From: a virus
IMG/VR virus record: IMGVR_UViG_3300017598_000441
Span: 9,680 to 73,679 of that record
DNA length: 64,000 nt
Strand: one strand, 5' to 3'
This document shows positions 59,777 to 64,000 of this stretch, piece by piece. The notes below the pieces were generated by a model. That model was not told where the DNA came from. It made no database searches and saw only the letters and a list, made by a program, of their open reading frames with translations. Position numbers and translations under genes: made by a program. Positions within the stretch are counted from its first letter, which is position 1; every line of letters begins with the position of its first letter.

Positions 59777-60224
59777 GCTAATCTCAGATATAGAGGACAG
59801 GATAGAGGATTTAGTATCCAACCTACTGACCCACGATAGGGAGTGTGACGAGGATGTCCCAGAAGGGGCTATAGAAGATGTCATAAGAAAAGGCATCATA
59901 ACTAAAGGTCAGATAGTAAAGAAGTTTGAGGAGGCTCTAGAAACTGCAATAGGGGGCATAAAACCCGAACCCCAAACACCCACCACAGCAGAACAGGAGC
60001 TTAGAAATAAGCTGTTAGGAATTATCCAAAAAGTAATTCCAACAACAGAGCTGCACGAATCTACTGCAGGTTGGATAGATGATTTGGATTTCCTAGAAAT
60101 AGTGATAAACATAGAGAGGGACTTAGGCTGCACGATAAACGAAACCGAAACCTACATAAAGCAGTTGGAGAGTGTTGATAAGCTAGTGGACTGGTTAGTT
60201 CAAAATATAAACTTCACAAAATAA
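59769..60224 (+). CDS. Protein with a C-terminal acyl-carrier-protein-like domain lacking the Ppant serine
   Basis: GWIDDLDFLEIVINIERDLGCTINE...LESVDKLVDWL versus ACP GxDSLDxxExxxxxExxFxxxIxD...TVxD. Confidence 0.65.
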   Translation: MNRLISDIEDRIEDLVSNLLTHDRECDEDVPEGAIEDVIRKGIITKGQIVKKFEEALETAIGGIKPEPQTPTTAEQELRNKLLGIIQKVIPTTELHESTAGWIDDLDFLEIVINIERDLGCTINETETYIKQLESVDKLVDWLVQNINFTK

Positions 60225-60228
60225 GCAG

Positions 60229-60693
60229 ATGAAAAATTTTAAGATTAAGGGATATTCCAGAGTATTCAAATACATAGGGGTATTTATTCAGAACGGAATA
60301 ACTAACTTTAGAACTACTAGCCACCGAGGAGAGCCAGATACAAACATAGAATTTACTACTGAACCTGTTTGGGAGACTCTTAGACTTGAAAGTCCAGAGT
60401 TCTTACTGATAGAAAACCTTTTACCCGAGGATGCAGATATAGATACAAGAGGTATTATTTTTATGGTAAGTGTGCCTCCGAGTGTTGCTGAAATATTAAA
60501 AACTGCATTAGTATCTAGGACTAAGAAGGCTAAGGAACCCTTGACTATAGAAGAACTTTCTGAGGGTGCAGAACAGAAGAAATCTATAGACAGGAAAACT
60601 CTGGAGATTAAAGTCTCCGAACTACTTTCAGAAAAAACCCCCGAAGATGTGGCTTATGTTCTGGCTCTTATTGTAGCTAAAATGTTTAAATAG
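60229..60693 (+). CDS. Hypothetical protein
   Basis: Packed ORF. Confidence 0.65.
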   Translation: MKNFKIKGYSRVFKYIGVFIQNGITNFRTTSHRGEPDTNIEFTTEPVWETLRLESPEFLLIENLLPEDADIDTRGIIFMVSVPPSVAEILKTALVSRTKKAKEPLTIEELSEGAEQKKSIDRKTLEIKVSELLSEKTPEDVAYVLALIVAKMFK

Positions 60694-60701
60694 ACAAAGT
60701 T

Positions 60702-61040
60702 ATGAAAATCACTATACTTACGACCGAAAAGAAACTTACCCGAGGAATAATAAAGCAGATGCAGGTAAGGCTTAGTCATAGGCTAGAGGCTAAAGAATGT
60801 CTCGGATTCCTATACAATGTACATCCAGAATATAAGAAATTATTCCTGTTTTGCATTAATGATTCCTACTGCTTAGTACCTTGGGACGTATGCACAACGA
60901 GTAATCCAAATATTCTGGAGACACAATTCAGAAGGAATTATATAACTCGAAAAATGAAATTTAGTGATGTAAAGGCTAGGAACGCATGGATGGATAAGCA
61001 TAAGGCTTTGAAAAGTTTCGCCAAACAGATTTTTATTTAA
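60702..61040 (+). CDS. Hypothetical protein
   Basis: Packed ORF. Confidence 0.65.
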   Translation: MKITILTTEKKLTRGIIKQMQVRLSHRLEAKECLGFLYNVHPEYKKLFLFCINDSYCLVPWDVCTTSNPNILETQFRRNYITRKMKFSDVKARNAWMDKHKALKSFAKQIFI

Positions 61041-61045
61041 TTAAA

Positions 61046-61137
61046 TTCACTTTATTGCTAAATAATTTTGGTAGATAACAAAATTTTCCGTATCTTTACG
61101 GAGTAAAAGAGATAAAACAAACCACAAATTCCAGACT
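61046..61137 (+). promoter_or_regulatory. Promoter and leader cassette copy
   Basis: Near-identical repeat. Confidence 0.9.
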
Positions 61138-61557
61138 ATGAATATAGACCAAGCAAAAGCATTAATCCGAAAAGAAGACCCCGAAGTCTTCAAAGATTTA
61201 ACAGACCATGTAGAGATTGTAGAGGGAAAAGCCCAATGGGATTCCTTAAAAACGTCAAATTACCTACTTGGTAAGCTACTGAGAGACGTTTATAAACATT
61301 TAGGTAAAGGAGAACCCGAAGTTTTAAAACACTCCCTACTGGCACCAAAAGACAAGCAGTGGAGCATAGTGTTTACCCACCCCACCTTAAAAGAGGAAGT
61401 TACACTATCTTGGTGTAAGCATCCTATGGTAGATGGGTGGTGTTGGTGGTTCTCAGCACAAGCAATGGGGTACAATGGGGATACCAAAGCAACCATAAAC
61501 CGTATGGTAAAGGAAATCAAAAAGTTAGACTGTAAAACTAAAGAATATGTACAATAA
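61138..61557 (+). CDS. Hypothetical protein
   Basis: Follows a cassette. Confidence 0.7.
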   Translation: MNIDQAKALIRKEDPEVFKDLTDHVEIVEGKAQWDSLKTSNYLLGKLLRDVYKHLGKGEPEVLKHSLLAPKDKQWSIVFTHPTLKEEVTLSWCKHPMVDGWCWWFSAQAMGYNGDTKATINRMVKEIKKLDCKTKEYVQ

Positions 61558-61891
61558 GAACTGGCAAGAAATAATGAAAGATGAGTTAAGTGCCTACTGC
61601 ATTCTACATTGGTGGAACTGTGGAAAGAAAACTCTTGACTTCAAAGGAACATTGAAAGACCTAATGAAAAAACAAGGTATCACTTTCTGCAAACGTAAAA
61701 CAGACCGTGAAGGAGTTTATATGTTTTACTTCAAAAGCGAGCGAGATATAAGGTTCAAGGTAAAAAGTTCTGTTGAGGAATTTAGGTTTGTAGCAAAACA
61801 GTTTATCCAAATGGAATTAGTAAGAATGGGGGATAAGACCCAACTGCAGGTACATAACACTTGGAGACCTACTGTAACCGTAAATTTCTAA
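61547..61891 (+). CDS. Hypothetical protein
   Basis: Overlaps the previous stop. Confidence 0.65.
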   Translation: MYNKNWQEIMKDELSAYCILHWWNCGKKTLDFKGTLKDLMKKQGITFCKRKTDREGVYMFYFKSERDIRFKVKSSVEEFRFVAKQFIQMELVRMGDKTQLQVHNTWRPTVTVNF

Positions 61892-61898
61892 ATTATTT

Positions 61899-61992
61899 TT
61901 CACTTTATTACTAAATAATTTTGGTAGATAACAAAATTTTCCGTATCTTTACGGAGTAAAAGAGTTAAAAACAAACCACTAAATTTTAGACC
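61899..61992 (+). promoter_or_regulatory. Promoter and leader cassette copy
   Basis: Near-identical repeat. Confidence 0.9.
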
Positions 61993-62262
61993 ATGAGAAA
62001 ATTAATCCTAGAGATAAGCGAGGAAATCCAAAGAGTGAAACCATCTGCCCTAACCATAGGGAAGGTTTTGCAGAAAATGCTAAAAAAGCTAAAGGAGGAA
62101 AACTTAGTTTATGTAATCTACGTGGAGAACATAAAGAATCCAAATCCAAACAGAAAGGTAATAGCTAAGATAGAAAACGAGCTAGATGCTAAGGAGGCAC
62201 TAAGTGCTTTTAGAAGAGCATCTATAACTGCCCCTCTGTATTACACACTTGAAAAGGTATAA
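61993..62262 (+). CDS. Hypothetical protein
   Basis: Follows a cassette. Confidence 0.7.
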   Translation: MRKLILEISEEIQRVKPSALTIGKVLQKMLKKLKEENLVYVIYVENIKNPNPNRKVIAKIENELDAKEALSAFRRASITAPLYYTLEKV

Positions 62263-62263
62263 A

Positions 62264-62533
62264 ATGAAAAATATATATAAAGGGGTGAGGTGGATACAAT
62301 CTTATCTACCTACCCAACCTACAAGCCTAAGAGCTGTAGTCTCAGAGCATGAGGGACACCTAGAAATAGAACAGCAACTAGGCAAGGAATTAACAGATAA
62401 GCTGATTTTACTTAGTCAAAAATATACCCACTCGCTAGACTGGGTAGCAGGTAATTATGTTAGCATTCAAACTGCTTTTGGAACATCCGAAGCAGAAGCC
62501 CTCGAAGTATTAGAAGAACGTTGTAAAATTTAA
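62264..62533 (+). CDS. Hypothetical protein
   Basis: ATG 62264 just after the previous stop. Confidence 0.6.
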   Translation: MKNIYKGVRWIQSYLPTQPTSLRAVVSEHEGHLEIEQQLGKELTDKLILLSQKYTHSLDWVAGNYVSIQTAFGTSEAEALEVLEERCKI

Positions 62534-62536
62534 CCT

Positions 62537-62761
62537 ATGGCAAAGATAACACAAGAGACTTATGATTCTCTACAGAAGACAATGAAACAAGGTAAATACG
62601 CAAATCATATTTGTTTTAGCAGAAGAGGCTTAGGCAAAACAGAAACTTTTGAAGTACCAAAAACCGACCTCAAAATTGAAATGAAATGCGTACAAAAACA
62701 AGGTATGTGGGAAGGGGATTCTAACTTCGTCCCAGTAGGATACACCCCTACCAATATATAA
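62537..62761 (+). CDS. Hypothetical protein
   Basis: Packed ORF. Confidence 0.6.
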   Translation: MAKITQETYDSLQKTMKQGKYANHICFSRRGLGKTETFEVPKTDLKIEMKCVQKQGMWEGDSNFVPVGYTPTNI

Positions 62762-62951
62762 ACAGTTTTAAACAAGAGATTCTAATGACGTATAAAGAGC
62801 TATTAAAACTAGATGGTATGAAAGAACAGTTTCACCCAGATGATTATGAAGCAATCTTAGAAGCAGATGAGGATGATACCTTGGAGTATCTAAGGCATGA
62901 TTTAGTTGTAAAACTCCTAGAGATGGGCTTTGACCTCACATAACGAAGACT

Positions 62952-63419
62952 ATGATAACTCCAGAGCAAAGGGAACACGCTAAGAAATACATGAAGGATA
63001 ATCTCCCGAACTTTTGGGCAGTATCCTCAATTCTTAAAACAAATATGATAGAACTTATGGCTAAATACGCAAAAGAACAAACAGGCAACAGCAAACCTTT
63101 AGAGAAAGGAAAAGACTTATACACCTCAGAGGAGATTCTTGCAGCACCAGACCTATACGAATTGCAGCATAGATTCTGTTGCTTAGGCTTAACATTCCAG
63201 TATCAGATGACAGAATCTGAAATGGATTATGTGGCACACATAAAAGGAGCATATCGAATATCGGACTGGATTCTTAGGAACTCAAACTCTACAGGGTTAA
63301 TAACTTTCAACAGGGTGGAGGATGTAAAAGGTTGTCTGCAGTCAGATGGAAACCCAAACAAAGCAGTGATGCTATCAGATGATACAGCCTTACAGAAATT
63401 ATTCTTTTGGCTCAGCTAA
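62952..63419 (+). CDS. Hypothetical protein
   Basis: Packed ORF. Confidence 0.65.
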   Translation: MITPEQREHAKKYMKDNLPNFWAVSSILKTNMIELMAKYAKEQTGNSKPLEKGKDLYTSEEILAAPDLYELQHRFCCLGLTFQYQMTESEMDYVAHIKGAYRISDWILRNSNSTGLITFNRVEDVKGCLQSDGNPNKAVMLSDDTALQKLFFWLS

Positions 63420-63438
63420 AAATCAAAAACTTAAAAAT

Positions 63439-63681
63439 ATGCTTAATTTTTTAGATGAAAGAAATAGAACAGGAGGAGTACATAGGGAAGCAGCACAATT
63501 TGCTACAATAATATTACATCGTGAGGATTTAATCACATCCAAAAAGAAGAAACTTACCAGAAACATCTCCATATACGATTTCAAGGCTTCAAGTCTATCG
63601 AAGGAGGATATAAGGAAAGCTGACAGTATAGCTTTCGTAGATGGAATAAGTATCAAGGTATTGAAAAATAAATATAAATAA
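63439..63681 (+). CDS. Hypothetical protein
   Basis: ATG 63439 with A-rich leader. Confidence 0.6.
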   Translation: MLNFLDERNRTGGVHREAAQFATIILHREDLITSKKKKLTRNISIYDFKASSLSKEDIRKADSIAFVDGISIKVLKNKYK

Positions 63682-63690
63682 TCTGCAATT

Positions 63691-63876
63691 ATGGATAACG
63701 AAAAAGCAAAAATAAAAGCAAGGGAAGTAGTGAACAAATTCGATAAATTTGGTACATCTGAATTGCCACAGGAAGACAAGAGGTATTTACAGGACCTTAT
63801 TTGCAATACCTTAATGGACGTTGAAAAGAAGGATGTTACACCATGTACCCCAGAAAATTGCAGACACGGATATTAA
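63691..63876 (+). CDS. Hypothetical protein
   Basis: Packed ORF. Confidence 0.55.
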   Translation: MDNEKAKIKAREVVNKFDKFGTSELPQEDKRYLQDLICNTLMDVEKKDVTPCTPENCRHGY

Positions 63877-63915
63877 CAGATGTGAAAACAGAAGACAAAT
63901 TACCTAAGAAATAAC

Positions 63916-64000
63916 TCACTTTATTGCTAAATAATTTTGGTAGATAACAAAATTTTCCGTATCTTTACGGAGTAAAAGAGTTAAAAACAAACCACTAAAT
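63916..64000 (+). promoter_or_regulatory. Promoter and leader cassette copy (cut by the window end)
   Basis: Near-identical repeat. Confidence 0.9.

Noticed and set aside
56322-64000. Dispersed repeats as CRISPR repeats or integron attC sites
   Set aside because: They contain promoter elements and end at ATG codons; spacing is gene-sized; no integrase in the window
1-64000. Stop-codon reassignment
   Set aside because: Conserved genes are full length and tightly packed under the standard code; TAA, TAG and TGA all serve as stops

Overview
A 64-kb segment of a large, AT-rich, apparently lytic myovirus with essentially all genes on the + strand. The host is probably a Bacteroidota species, judging by TTTG/TAnnTTT(G/A) promoters, absence of Shine-Dalgarno motifs, a Bacteroidota-type DAHP synthase/chorismate mutase and EAD11 domains. 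Layout: contractile tail and baseplate module (1-20.6 kb); two EAD11-domain genes (20.6-22.1 kb); DNA replication, recombination and repair (22.2-47.6 kb); a DAHP synthase/chorismate mutase, HAD, CmoA-like, ParB, ParB-methyltransferase cluster running into the terminase genes (48.9-56.2 kb); small ORFs driven by repeated ~100-bp promoter cassettes (56.3-64 kb). Best candidate for an undescribed system: a phage route from prephenate to carboxy-SAM to (putatively) DNA carboxymethylation, placed next to the terminase. Other notable items: a pair of EAD11 proteins with hydrophobic helices, an ACP-like domain lacking its serine, a recurring ACACAC start-codon leader with a candidate complementary small RNA, and a three-arm covarying structure between tail genes. 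All family assignments are from motif recognition by eye; no database search was run.
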